64,000 bases of DNA, taken from Methanolinea sp. (GTDB taxonomy: Archaea > Halobacteriota > Methanomicrobia > Methanomicrobiales > Methanospirillaceae). Made by a program: the position numbers and the translations under genes. The stretch lies in contig JARYMB010000005.1 of NCBI GenBank assembly GCA_029907345.1, positions 5,485 through 69,484 on the forward strand. Reading direction: 5' to 3'. Below, piece after piece: positions 54,835-64,000 of this stretch (positions are counted from its first letter, which is position 1; each line of letters opens with the position of its first letter). A model generated the notes under the pieces. It did no database searches and was not told the DNA's origin. It saw only the letters and a program-made list of their open reading frames with translations.

Positions 54835-55638
54835 ATGAACCGCAAGACAGTTCGATTGGCATCAATATTAGTTGCCTGTACCCTGCTCCTCTTTTTCCCG
54901 GTTGGAGCTGCCAGTATCGGGATGATCCCTTCATCAGTCACTATCCAGAAGAGTGGAACCGCTGAAATCAGTCTTGTGCTTGACGATGCAGTGTCAGGCC
55001 TTGCAGGATATGACTTGGTTATTCGGTTTTCGAATCCCACAATAGCGGAAATCTCTGAGGTCACCTATCCAGCATGGGCTGCCTTGAACAATACAACGCG
55101 GAAAGCCGACAGCTCAGTAAGGATAAGCGGGGTGGACCTCTCCCGGCAGGTGAATCCGGGCATGACTGCGGTCCCCCTTGCCAACCTTAAAATTCGAGGG
55201 ATTTCAGGGGGTTCGTCTTCGATTTCTCTCGAGTCAGTGAATATGGATGCTGATGGGGGGGCAGCAATCACTCCTACTCTACCTACCGGACAGATCACAG
55301 TGCCTGGCGGGACCACTCCTTCAGGAGGTGGGGGTGGTGGAGGTGGAGGAAGTTCTGTATCTTCCGTAACGCAATCACAGACTTCACCAACGCCCACATC
55401 ATCGCCAACAGCCATCATAACTCAGGAGATACCCACAGTGGCAAGCCAGGAGACTATCCAGCCACCGTTGACAACAGCGACAATGGCTCAGGAACAAGTC
55501 GGGCCATACATAACTGAGGAAGTTCCTGAAAGTGTGGGAGGCATTCCCTGGATGTGGATTCTGGGAGGAATTATCGTCATCGGCGCACTGATTGTTGTTG
55601 CTTTCATTGCATGGCGGAAAGAACAGGAGCAGGGATGA
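54835..55638 (+). CDS. Membrane-anchored cohesin-domain protein (scaffoldin-like anchor)
   Basis: Signal peptide, then a cohesin-like domain closely paralogous to the one in the 1707-aa protein (GLAGYDLVIRFSNPTIAEISEVTYPAWAALNNTT...RISGVDLSRQV...SLESVNMDADGG). A Gly-run/Ser-Thr-Pro linker and C-terminal TM plus basic tail (IIVIGALIVVAFIAWRKEQEQG) follow. Confidence 0.8.
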   Translation: MNRKTVRLASILVACTLLLFFPVGAASIGMIPSSVTIQKSGTAEISLVLDDAVSGLAGYDLVIRFSNPTIAEISEVTYPAWAALNNTTRKADSSVRISGVDLSRQVNPGMTAVPLANLKIRGISGGSSSISLESVNMDADGGAAITPTLPTGQITVPGGTTPSGGGGGGGGGSSVSSVTQSQTSPTPTSSPTAIITQEIPTVASQETIQPPLTTATMAQEQVGPYITEEVPESVGGIPWMWILGGIIVIGALIVVAFIAWRKEQEQG

Positions 55639-55963
55639 AAGCCCGACTTGAAGGGATGAACTACCACATGGTTATTTCATTATAAAAAAATCACCTTGCA
55701 CTTTTTTCAACACAAGGCTAGAGAACGAGCCGTTTAGATTGGTGGGGAAAGTCACGGTGATAAGTAGGCTGCAATTATGAAAATTGTGGGCGATGAAATA
55801 ATCGGGGCGCAAAAACGCAGCGTTCTACCTCCCATCCCTCGCATATTATCGGAGTTTCTCTAACTTGTTTGATTCCGTGGGGTATGGTTGGGATATCTGT
55901 TGGTTCAAGAGACTAAATTGTGCGCGAGTGGAAAAATAAGCGCATAGCACCTTCCGTTTCACG

Positions 55964-55977
55964 TCCCACCCGCAGCA
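55964..55977 (+). repeat. attR core (copy of tRNA-Met 3' end)
   Basis: TCCCACCCGCAGCA lies in an A/T-rich non-coding stretch and is identical to 32065-32078. Confidence 0.65.
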
Positions 55978-56168
55978 CTTCTTTAACCTCGTTTTACGTT
56001 TTTAAACCGAAAAAAACACAATTTTTATCGTACCCGGAAAATTCCCGCATCTTTTCTGTCGAGCACGTTTTGATCTCATCATGAAATGATTCCTGCAGGC
56101 CCTCCCTTCCCTCATCCTGACCAGAGCGAGAGTATTGGGTGAATGGATACGTGCACTACTACGGGACA

Positions 56169-57113
56169 TCACACCATTCCGAAGTCCCCGTACCGTGTTG
56201 CGTATCCCTCCGCGATGACGGCCGCCCCTATCAGGGGAGCATCGCCGGAAAGCGGGGACAGCACCATCTCCGGCACCTCGAGGTACCGGTCCACCCCGCC
56301 TGCGAGGGGTTCGAGCAGGAAGTCAGGGTTTGCACGCATGACGGACCCGTCAAAAACGATTAATTCGGGGTCGTAGGCGACGATGATGTCAGAGACTCCC
56401 CGGGCATTGATACGGACGAGGTCCCTGATGAACCGGAGCACGTCATCGTCCCCCTGCCTCGCAGAGGCAAAAATGTCCCGTGCATTGTCCGGGCCCCAGT
56501 GCGGCCTGCCGTGGTAGTGGCACCACTGGGCAAAAAACCAGGGGAGGAACCTGCCGGAGGCATACCCCTCCCAGTGCCCCCGGTGTCCGCACCCGCAGGG
56601 GAGATCATAGGTATCGTCCACGTGCAGGTGGCCGATCTCGACGGCATTTCCCGCCCGGCCGAGGAGAACCCTGCCGTTCGCGAACACGCCACCCCCGATT
56701 CCGGTCGAGATGGTGACGTAGACCACGTTATCCCTCCCGCGTGCTGCACCAGCCTCGAGCTCCCCGACGAGACCGGCGTGGCAGTCGTTGACCATCCGGA
56801 CCGGGACACCGAACTCCCGGGAGAGGGCATCGCACAGGGGGACGTCCCTGAATGCCATGTTGGGAGGGTTCCTGAGAATGCCGTGGGATATGTCCACCGG
56901 CCCGGCGACCGAAAGGCCGATTGCACCGATTTTCCCGCGGGAGGTGCGGGATACTTTCCTCACCATCCCGGAGAGGAAAGATATCAAAACCGCCGGTTCG
57001 GATGATCCCGCTGGCGTCTTCTCCCCGGACTTTTCTCCCTGCAGGACACCGTTTTCGAACACCGCTGCCCGCGTCTGCGTCGCCCCGAGGTCGATGGCAA
57101 CCACTGGACCCAT
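56169..57113 (-). CDS. ROK-family sugar kinase (glucokinase-like)
   Basis: VAIDLGATQTR, NDCHAGLVGE, ISTGIGGG, and the zinc motif GHLHVDDTYDLPCGCGHRGHWE. Confidence 0.85.
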   Translation of the reverse strand: MGPVVAIDLGATQTRAAVFENGVLQGEKSGEKTPAGSSEPAVLISFLSGMVRKVSRTSRGKIGAIGLSVAGPVDISHGILRNPPNMAFRDVPLCDALSREFGVPVRMVNDCHAGLVGELEAGAARGRDNVVYVTISTGIGGGVFANGRVLLGRAGNAVEIGHLHVDDTYDLPCGCGHRGHWEGYASGRFLPWFFAQWCHYHGRPHWGPDNARDIFASARQGDDDVLRFIRDLVRINARGVSDIIVAYDPELIVFDGSVMRANPDFLLEPLAGGVDRYLEVPEMVLSPLSGDAPLIGAAVIAEGYATRYGDFGMV

Positions 57114-57277
57114 GGATCCGGTGTTTTCTCCCGGGGATGATGAAGGTATGCAGGTCTTGCCCGTTCCTGCCCGGCGAGCCCCCCCTCCCGGGAAAAGACC
57201 CGGTGACTATAAGGCGGAAGCCAACGTTCATGAGAGGGAGAAATACCGGGAAGGTTACCCTATTGTCCGCATCCGGC

Positions 57278-57916
57278 ATGTCACACAGCCTGATAGGCGA
57301 CTACCTGACGCTCTTTGCAGCGACGGAGATCTTCATCTTCGTCTTCATGGAGATCGTAACGAAGGTCGAGCCCGTCCGCAGGGTCATTTTCAGGACTGCA
57401 AGGTTGCAGGACTACGCTGTCTTTGTGGGTATTTTCGGGGCATTTTCCATATTCGGGACATACATCGGGATCCAGGGAGTGTACGGGGCGATCACGAACA
57501 TCCGCGACCTTGCCCCCATCGTCGCCGGGCTCGTTGCCGGTCCCTGCGCCGGGCTTGCGGTTGGCTTGATCGGCGGCCTTCACCGCATGACACTCGGGGG
57601 CGCCTCCTGCATCGCCTGTTCGGCTGCCACGATCCTTTCCGGGCTGATTGCCGGGCTCGTGTTCCGGTTCAACAGGGGAAAGATCATGGGTATCGTGCCC
57701 GCAATGGGTTTCGGCGTCCTCATGGAAGGACTCCACGGCCTGCTTGGCCTTGCACTCGTCCAGCCTTTTTCCGAGGCAGTGGAGATCGTAAAGACTTCGA
57801 TCCCCCAGATGATGATTGCCGTCTCCCTCGGAGTCGGGATCGCGATCATCATCGTCCATAACATCATCAGGGAGGAGGATATGGTATCCGCCCGCTCCGG
57901 GCAGAAACCTTCGTGA
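57278..57916 (+). CDS. Stand-alone 5TM LytS/YhcK-type receptor domain membrane protein
   Basis: 212 aa and almost entirely hydrophobic helices, with the NIRDLAPIVAGLVAGP and GG-rich motifs typical of 5TMR-LYT. No output domain is present. ATG 57278 was chosen inside the longer 56921 ORF. Confidence 0.7.
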   Translation: MSHSLIGDYLTLFAATEIFIFVFMEIVTKVEPVRRVIFRTARLQDYAVFVGIFGAFSIFGTYIGIQGVYGAITNIRDLAPIVAGLVAGPCAGLAVGLIGGLHRMTLGGASCIACSAATILSGLIAGLVFRFNRGKIMGIVPAMGFGVLMEGLHGLLGLALVQPFSEAVEIVKTSIPQMMIAVSLGVGIAIIIVHNIIREEDMVSARSGQKPS

Positions 57917-58153
57917 ATCCCCTCGTGACACGGGGGGAAACGACGGTCAATCGGGAATTTGATGAGAAACGAATGCGCGGAGCTGAATCGCCCCGCCACT
58001 CCCGGGAAAGGATGACCCTGTCAGGCCCTCTCCTGCCGGCGGGAAAGAAGGGTCTGGTAAACATCGGCGACCCACGGGTCACGCGTCGCCTGCCAGGGAT
58101 CCTGCTGCTCGTCGGGGTCTTCGAGCCGGCGTGCGATCTCCGTCCACGTATCG

Positions 58154-58705
58154 TCAGCCATTCTCCTCCCCTCGCTCAGGGAAGGTATGTCTCCCCTTGC
58201 GTTTATCCCATTCGTTTCCCGGCTGAATCCTGCACCCGGACGATCCGGTGGAGTCCAGGAGATCCCCGACCATCTCCTGGAGGCCGGAGAGAACGGAACG
58301 GAGGTCTCCTGCTGCTTCCGGCGTCCACCCAAGGTCCGCCCAGTCCTTTCGCGTCAGTTCCTCGAGGGTGATGGAGATTGTCGCCAGGTCTGCACGAACG
58401 GCCCGCGATACCGGAACGGCACCGGCCCGGGAGGAGATGCCAAGCCTGCCCGTTTCCTCCACGAGCCGTTCCCGGAGCGCCCGGATGCCTTCCTCCAGCC
58501 TCTCGCGCTCAGCGGCCGGGATATCGGGGATGTAATGACAAAAGGCACGGTTGCGGGGAGAGGGATTCCCGAGCGCGTCCTCGACCGTGCCAAGCAGGGT
58601 ATCGATGTACCGGAACGAGACCGCAAGAGAACGAAGCCCTGCCTCTCTGCGCAGGTCCTGTCCCTGGTCCTCACCGGAAAACACGGCCCCTCTCCCCGCC
58701 GTCAC
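58154..58705 (-). CDS. Hypothetical protein (183 aa)
   Basis: Helical, balanced composition (ERERLEEGIRALRERLVEETGRL...). The opposite-strand ORF 58187..58861 is Arg/Pro-rich and was rejected. Confidence 0.55.
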   Translation of the reverse strand: MTAGRGAVFSGEDQGQDLRREAGLRSLAVSFRYIDTLLGTVEDALGNPSPRNRAFCHYIPDIPAAERERLEEGIRALRERLVEETGRLGISSRAGAVPVSRAVRADLATISITLEELTRKDWADLGWTPEAAGDLRSVLSGLQEMVGDLLDSTGSSGCRIQPGNEWDKRKGRHTFPERGEENG

Positions 58706-58742
58706 ACCCGCTCACCCGCAAGCCGCCGGTGTCGCCCGAACC

Positions 58743-60041
<1,299 letters not shown>

Positions 60042-60941
60042 TCACATGTACGGTGCCGGGAAAGAATAATCCCTCCTGCCACGGGAGAACCCGGCAAGGA
60101 TTGCAAGGGATTCAACGGCCCTTGCAGTGTATTCCAGTGTTGGCGAGCCGCCAAAGACCGACCGGGCAAAGCCGCCGGACGGGTGGGCGCACCGCCGGAC
60201 AAAGTCCCGGCAGGCACCGGCGTGCCGGGGCGCCTCACCAAGAAGGAAGGAGAGGCGAAGACCCGCATGCACCTGCTCGAGGAAAGCGGGTTTGCTTCCC
60301 GGTCTTCCCAGGAACCCGAATTCAGGGTCCCCGCACGCATCCACGAACGAGACAGTTGCGGGGTCATCACACCCGTGCCCGAGGGACGCGAGGATCTCGG
60401 CTGCCATCCGGGTATCCTGCAGGGTGGGACCCGGAGCCCCGAAACCCCCCGTCTCCGACCGGAAAGAGAGGACGGTGGCCGTGACCTCTTCCCTCGATCC
60501 AGTGGGTAGTTCCACTCCATACAGGTCAGCGAGTGCAGTCCAGGCACGGAGGGGTTCGAAGAGGGAGAGGGAATCGACAACCTTCGTCCGCGGATCGGGA
60601 CGGGGAAGGGACCGGAGGATGTATTCGGAAGGGTCGTGGAGCGGTTCGGCGCGGAGCATGCGGAGAGCCCACCCTGCAAAGAGTGCACAGGAGAGTGATG
60701 CGTAGGACCCATCCGGGTACTGGAGATCCTGGAGGAACCGGACGGTCTTTTCGTCGGCGTCTCTTTGTCCCATGAGGGAAAGGATCCCCAGGGCAAAACA
60801 GGTATCCCCTGCATTCGGCTCGTCGAGCCTGTAGAAGCAGTATCCTCCCGAGGGGCACCTGCGACTCCTGGCGTATTCGACCGTCCCGGCCGGAATGTCA
60901 AGACCCCCGGCAGGGACCGGTCCTCCCCCCTGCTGCGTCAT
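60042..60941 (-). CDS. Prenyltransferase/squalene-oxidase-repeat (alpha/alpha-toroid) protein
   Basis: Four spaced repeats of the PSGGY/PDGSY/ETGGFG/PSGGFA type. ATG 60941 lies 2 nt after the dynamin stop. The alternative GTG 60947 overlaps it. Confidence 0.75.
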   Translation of the reverse strand: MTQQGGGPVPAGGLDIPAGTVEYARSRRCPSGGYCFYRLDEPNAGDTCFALGILSLMGQRDADEKTVRFLQDLQYPDGSYASLSCALFAGWALRMLRAEPLHDPSEYILRSLPRPDPRTKVVDSLSLFEPLRAWTALADLYGVELPTGSREEVTATVLSFRSETGGFGAPGPTLQDTRMAAEILASLGHGCDDPATVSFVDACGDPEFGFLGRPGSKPAFLEQVHAGLRLSFLLGEAPRHAGACRDFVRRCAHPSGGFARSVFGGSPTLEYTARAVESLAILAGFSRGRRDYSFPAPYM

Positions 60942-60943
60942 GG

Positions 60944-62776
60944 TCACCCGGGGGTGTCAGAAAGCGCGGCAATGAGTCCCTGAAGGGTCCGCGATGCCTC
61001 TTCCAGGAAACGGACCCTCCCCGCGATCTCTTCCGCCCGCTCCTTTCTCTGCCGGCAGGCTGCCGCGATGGCGCCGTGGGTCGCATCGATCGTCCGGGCG
61101 AGTTCCTCGTCGATCTCGCGGGAGAAGACCCTGAACGCGGCATCCACGTTCTGCAGGGTCGCCCAGCGGAGGTTCTCGACGTTCTGCACGACGAGCGAGT
61201 GGATCTCCCGTGCAATCCTTCCCCGGAGCCGCTGTTCCCGCATCGCACGGGGCAGCGCCCTGTCGACGAGGTCAGGGGATATCATGCCGAGCATGCCCGA
61301 CCAGGTCCTCCGCGAGACCCAGTAGGGTTCCCGGGCAAGGACGAGCGGCCCCCCGGGCGATGGCCGGTGGTGCGGTATCTCGAAGATGGCGGATGCCGCA
61401 GCCCTGACCGACTCGCTCATGGCCTCGGCCTTCTCCCGGTGGGCGGACAGGACTGCAATCATCTCCCGGTCGAATCTTTCGGTGACTTCACCGAGCGTGT
61501 GCTCGAAGTAGACCGGGATCTCCTGGGCGATCGCGTCTTCGATAGTCCGGGGGTCGGTGTCCCCGCCAGCCTGCATGGCACGCGAGCCTACACCCTGCAG
61601 GTGCACTTCCGCCTGCTCCCTGATGCCGGCGCATACCTCCTCGAGGAGTGCGACCACGCGCCTGTGGTCACCGGCAAGGACGTCCTGCGTCTGCCGGCGC
61701 TGGCGCTCTGCCTCGTCCACCTTCTTTTGGAAGAGGGAGAGTTTCTCTTCGAGATCGGCAATCGGCATCCCGAGGGACTTTCTCTCCAGGCTGACGCGGA
61801 GCGATGCGTCGTGCAACACGTCAAGTGCCTTCTTCCGGACCGCCTCCGAAAGGACCCGCGTCTTCTCACGGGCAAGGAAGTCGACGAGGTGTTCCGTGAT
61901 GGCCGAAATCCCGCTCGAGGCAAGGAGCGCCTCGTCTCCCGTCAGCCTGGCGAGGAGCGCCTGCTTTGCCGAGACCGGGAAGATCTTTCCCTCAGGGGAT
62001 ATCCCTGCCTTCTCGGAGAGGACCTTTCTGATGAACGCAATGACCGTCTCCCTCTCCGGCAGGGTCAGGTAGTCGATTTTGTTCTGGACGAAGAAGATGC
62101 AGTCTACCTTCTCCCGGACGTGCCGGAGGAAATCGACCTCCACCTCGGTCATGGGAGGGTCGGCCGAGACCAGGAAGAGCGCCGCGTCGCACTGCGGGAG
62201 GAAGTTGAGTGTCATCTCGGTGTTGTGCCTGTGCGTGGAGCCTATCCCGGGTGTATCGATGAGGACGACGTCCCGGAGGATGCGGGCCGGGTGGGTGATC
62301 TCCACGGAAGCTACTCCCTTCCTGTTTTTCGGGTTGGCCTCCTCCGAGACGTAGTCGAGCAGGACCCTGTTCATTTCCTCAGGCGAATGGCAGGGAATGG
62401 TCACCTCTTTTCCCTTCTCCTGGAAATGGACCTGGACTGTCCGCTCCGTTCCGTGCCTGATGAAAGTCGGGATCGCAGTCAGGGGGATGACAGAACTGGG
62501 GAGGATGTCCTCGCCGAGGAGGGCGTTGAGCAGGGTGCTCTTCCCCCGCTTGAACTGCCCGAGGACTGCGAGCTGGAACCGTCCCTCCGAGAGGCGGTCC
62601 CGGAGGCCGGAAAGGACTCTTTCCTGCGGTTCCATGGCAGGACCGAGGTCATGGAGGACGGATATGCCCCTGTCCAGGAGGGAAGGGAGGTCTTTTTCAG
62701 AAAGGGGTGGAAGGGAAACTACCCGGTCAGTGCAGGGGGAAAAGGCGTTGGTGCGGTCGGGTGCTGGTTCGTGCAT
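60944..62776 (-). CDS. Dynamin-family large GTPase (bacterial dynamin-like protein type)
   Basis: G1 GQFKRGKSTLLNALLG, G3 DTPGIGS and G4 NKIDYL, followed by a long helical stalk region. 610 aa. Confidence 0.85.
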   Translation of the reverse strand: MHEPAPDRTNAFSPCTDRVVSLPPLSEKDLPSLLDRGISVLHDLGPAMEPQERVLSGLRDRLSEGRFQLAVLGQFKRGKSTLLNALLGEDILPSSVIPLTAIPTFIRHGTERTVQVHFQEKGKEVTIPCHSPEEMNRVLLDYVSEEANPKNRKGVASVEITHPARILRDVVLIDTPGIGSTHRHNTEMTLNFLPQCDAALFLVSADPPMTEVEVDFLRHVREKVDCIFFVQNKIDYLTLPERETVIAFIRKVLSEKAGISPEGKIFPVSAKQALLARLTGDEALLASSGISAITEHLVDFLAREKTRVLSEAVRKKALDVLHDASLRVSLERKSLGMPIADLEEKLSLFQKKVDEAERQRRQTQDVLAGDHRRVVALLEEVCAGIREQAEVHLQGVGSRAMQAGGDTDPRTIEDAIAQEIPVYFEHTLGEVTERFDREMIAVLSAHREKAEAMSESVRAAASAIFEIPHHRPSPGGPLVLAREPYWVSRRTWSGMLGMISPDLVDRALPRAMREQRLRGRIAREIHSLVVQNVENLRWATLQNVDAAFRVFSREIDEELARTIDATHGAIAAACRQRKERAEEIAGRVRFLEEASRTLQGLIAALSDTPG

Positions 62777-63166
62777 GATACTCCTCCTTCTTATATGTAC
62801 TTCGATTCGGACACCGGAAGCGGTAGGAGTTATCAGCAGGACCTGCGGTTATACGGTGAACTCCATCACCATCGCTTGAATTTTTATGTCTCCTGCCAGA
62901 GACCATAAAATTTCTGCCCGTGCTGCATCATCCATGCACAATGTTTATCCGGTCGGGGGCTCACTACTGGGTTGGGGATGGGGGGGGTCTTTCATAAAGT
63001 GTTTTTTACTCACCGGGAACCCGGGTGAAAAGGGGTTCTTTCGTGTTTTTGACACGTGACAGGACCCAATCATCCCGGGAAGTATCTGGCTGATTGCAGG
63101 ATATCCCACGTACCTCCGGTCCTTCTCAAAGGGAGTGGAAAAAAAACGAAGTCAGCGGAGTCCCAC

Positions 63167-64000
63167 ATGAAAGGTTTAAAAAGAGACAGCGGCAAGGGAA
63201 CGTCCCCCTCGTATTCATTCTCCCATCTCCTGCTCCTCTGGATGGTCGTCCTCATCCTCGTGCTCGCCATCGGTATCACCTACTTTGATTACCGGCAGGC
63301 AGAGGAGACCTACCAGAAAAATGCCCGCACCATGCAGGAACAGACTGAGGCCAACATCGCCGGGACGATCACCGTGATCGACTCCGCGTATAAAATGTAC
63401 GACAGCTCGCTCAACAACGAGATGAAGAACGCATTTTCCCTTTTTCAAAAGGAGTACGAGCGATCGGGACATGATCCCGCGAAGATGGACCTCGACGCCC
63501 TGAAAGAGGCGCTCGGCAACGAGATGGACCTCTACATCATCAACGACTCCATCATGGTCGAATACACCACTGATGCTTCTGACCGTGGCCTTGATTTCCG
63601 CCAGTGGCCCTATTCGTACGACTACCTCAGGAACCTCCTCCAGAAGGACGGTTTTTTCCCTGACCGTATCGTTCACCACGTGACGACAGGCAAACTGGTC
63701 AAATACGCCTACATGCCGACCCCTGACCACCGGTACATCCTCGAACTCCGGCTCTCGGGCAAAGCGCTTGAAGAGAGACCCCATATCAGATACCAGGAAT
63801 CACTCGAGGCCATTGCCCTCAACAACCCGAATGTTCTCAGCTACAGGGCTTACGATACAATGGGAAGGGTCATCGGGAATTCAAGTGCGTCGGTGCAAAG
63901 CACTCCGGCAACAGTCCGGCAGGTCATCAGCGAGCGGAAGTCGCTCGAGACCGTGGATCCTTCCAACAACACCCTGACGCGGTACCTCTTTGTCGATCTC
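63167..64000 (+). CDS. Membrane-anchored sensor-type protein, N-terminal part (runs off the window; not in ORF track)
   Basis: ATG 63167, open for 278 codons to the window end. MKGLKRDSGKG...HLLLLWMVVLILVLAIGITYF TM, then an extracytoplasmic-type domain. The antisense ORF 63215..63784 was rejected. Confidence 0.6.
   Translation, partial: MKGLKRDSGKGTSPSYSFSHLLLLWMVVLILVLAIGITYFDYRQAEETYQKNARTMQEQTEANIAGTITVIDSAYKMYDSSLNNEMKNAFSLFQKEYERSGHDPAKMDLDALKEALGNEMDLYIINDSIMVEYTTDASDRGLDFRQWPYSYDYLRNLLQKDGFFPDRIVHHVTTGKLVKYAYMPTPDHRYILELRLSGKALEERPHIRYQESLEAIALNNPNVLSYRAYDTMGRVIGNSSASVQSTPATVRQVISERKSLETVDPSNNTLTRYLFVDL

Larger units (their letters stand above)
32065..55977. mobile_element. Integrated element (integrative plasmid/provirus-like island) of about 23.9 kb in the tRNA-Met 3' end
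   Basis: An exact 14-nt direct repeat TCCCACCCGCAGCA lies at 32065-32078 (tRNA 3' end) and 55964-55977. An integrase lies next to the tRNA. Replication, methylase and cargo modules lie between the repeats. By eye the region is more A/T-rich than the flanks. Housekeeping genes flank both sides. Confidence 0.65.

Noticed and set aside
56788-57931. ORFs 56788..57861 (+), the 5' part of 56921..57916 (+), and 57281..57931 (-)
   Set aside because: The upstream parts overlap the ROK kinase gene on the opposite strand and are Arg/Pro-rich. Only the 57278-57916 portion encodes a coherent membrane protein.
58021-58161. Possible 46-aa minus-strand ORF (MADDTWTEIARRLEDPDEQQDPWQATRDPWVADVYQTLLSRRQERA) overlapping the upstream stop by 8 nt
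   Set aside because: It is plausible, but it rests only on an overlap and acceptable composition. That is too weak to list as a feature.
61076-62908. 610-aa plus-strand ORF antisense to the dynamin-like gene
   Set aside because: The minus-strand product has G1/G3/G4 GTPase motifs. The plus-strand product is Arg/Gly/Pro/Leu-rich and featureless.
63215-63784. 189-aa minus-strand ORF near the window end
   Set aside because: It is antisense to a plus-strand frame that is open for 278 codons, with a clear TM segment and sensor-like domain.

Overview
This is a high-GC archaeal chromosome segment. Its gene content fits a Methanomicrobiales-type methanogen: aIF5B, S6e, S8e, SRP19, Gar1, TFB, SecDF, archease/RtcB, F420-dependent NADP reductase, HypB, and split pyruvate carboxylase PycB/PycA. 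That assignment is inferred from gene content only. Nt 1-32,000 and 56,000-64,000 are ordinary core genome, with a few notable spots: an FHA/Ser-Thr kinase pair, two tRNA-Ala genes followed by unusual tRNA-3'-half repeats, a BirA operator in front of a bioY-ECF operon, and a dynamin-like GTPase operon. The main feature is an apparently integrated element of about 23.9 kb (32,065-55,977). It sits in the 3' end of an intron-containing tRNA-Met(CAU) gene and is bounded by an exact 14-nt direct repeat of the tRNA end. The element carries a tyrosine integrase, a chain of overlapping small ORFs, a PrimPol-helicase replication protein, an orphan DPPY DNA methyltransferase and a GC-rich non-coding repeat region. 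It also carries a ten-gene, same-strand, mostly stop/start-overlapping cargo operon (39,820-55,638). In that operon a WtpABC-type tungstate/molybdate transporter is embedded among secreted or anchored proteins. These proteins contain about ten copies of molybdopterin-oxidoreductase-fold-like domains. They also contain PEGA, PKD and DUF4430-like domains, a purple-acid-phosphatase-like enzyme, and a matched cohesin/dockerin pair with a membrane-anchored cohesin protein. I consider this cargo operon the best candidate for an undescribed system, possibly a surface-tethered oxyanion or cofactor capture assembly. All family assignments come from motif recognition by eye. No searches or numerical composition analyses were run.
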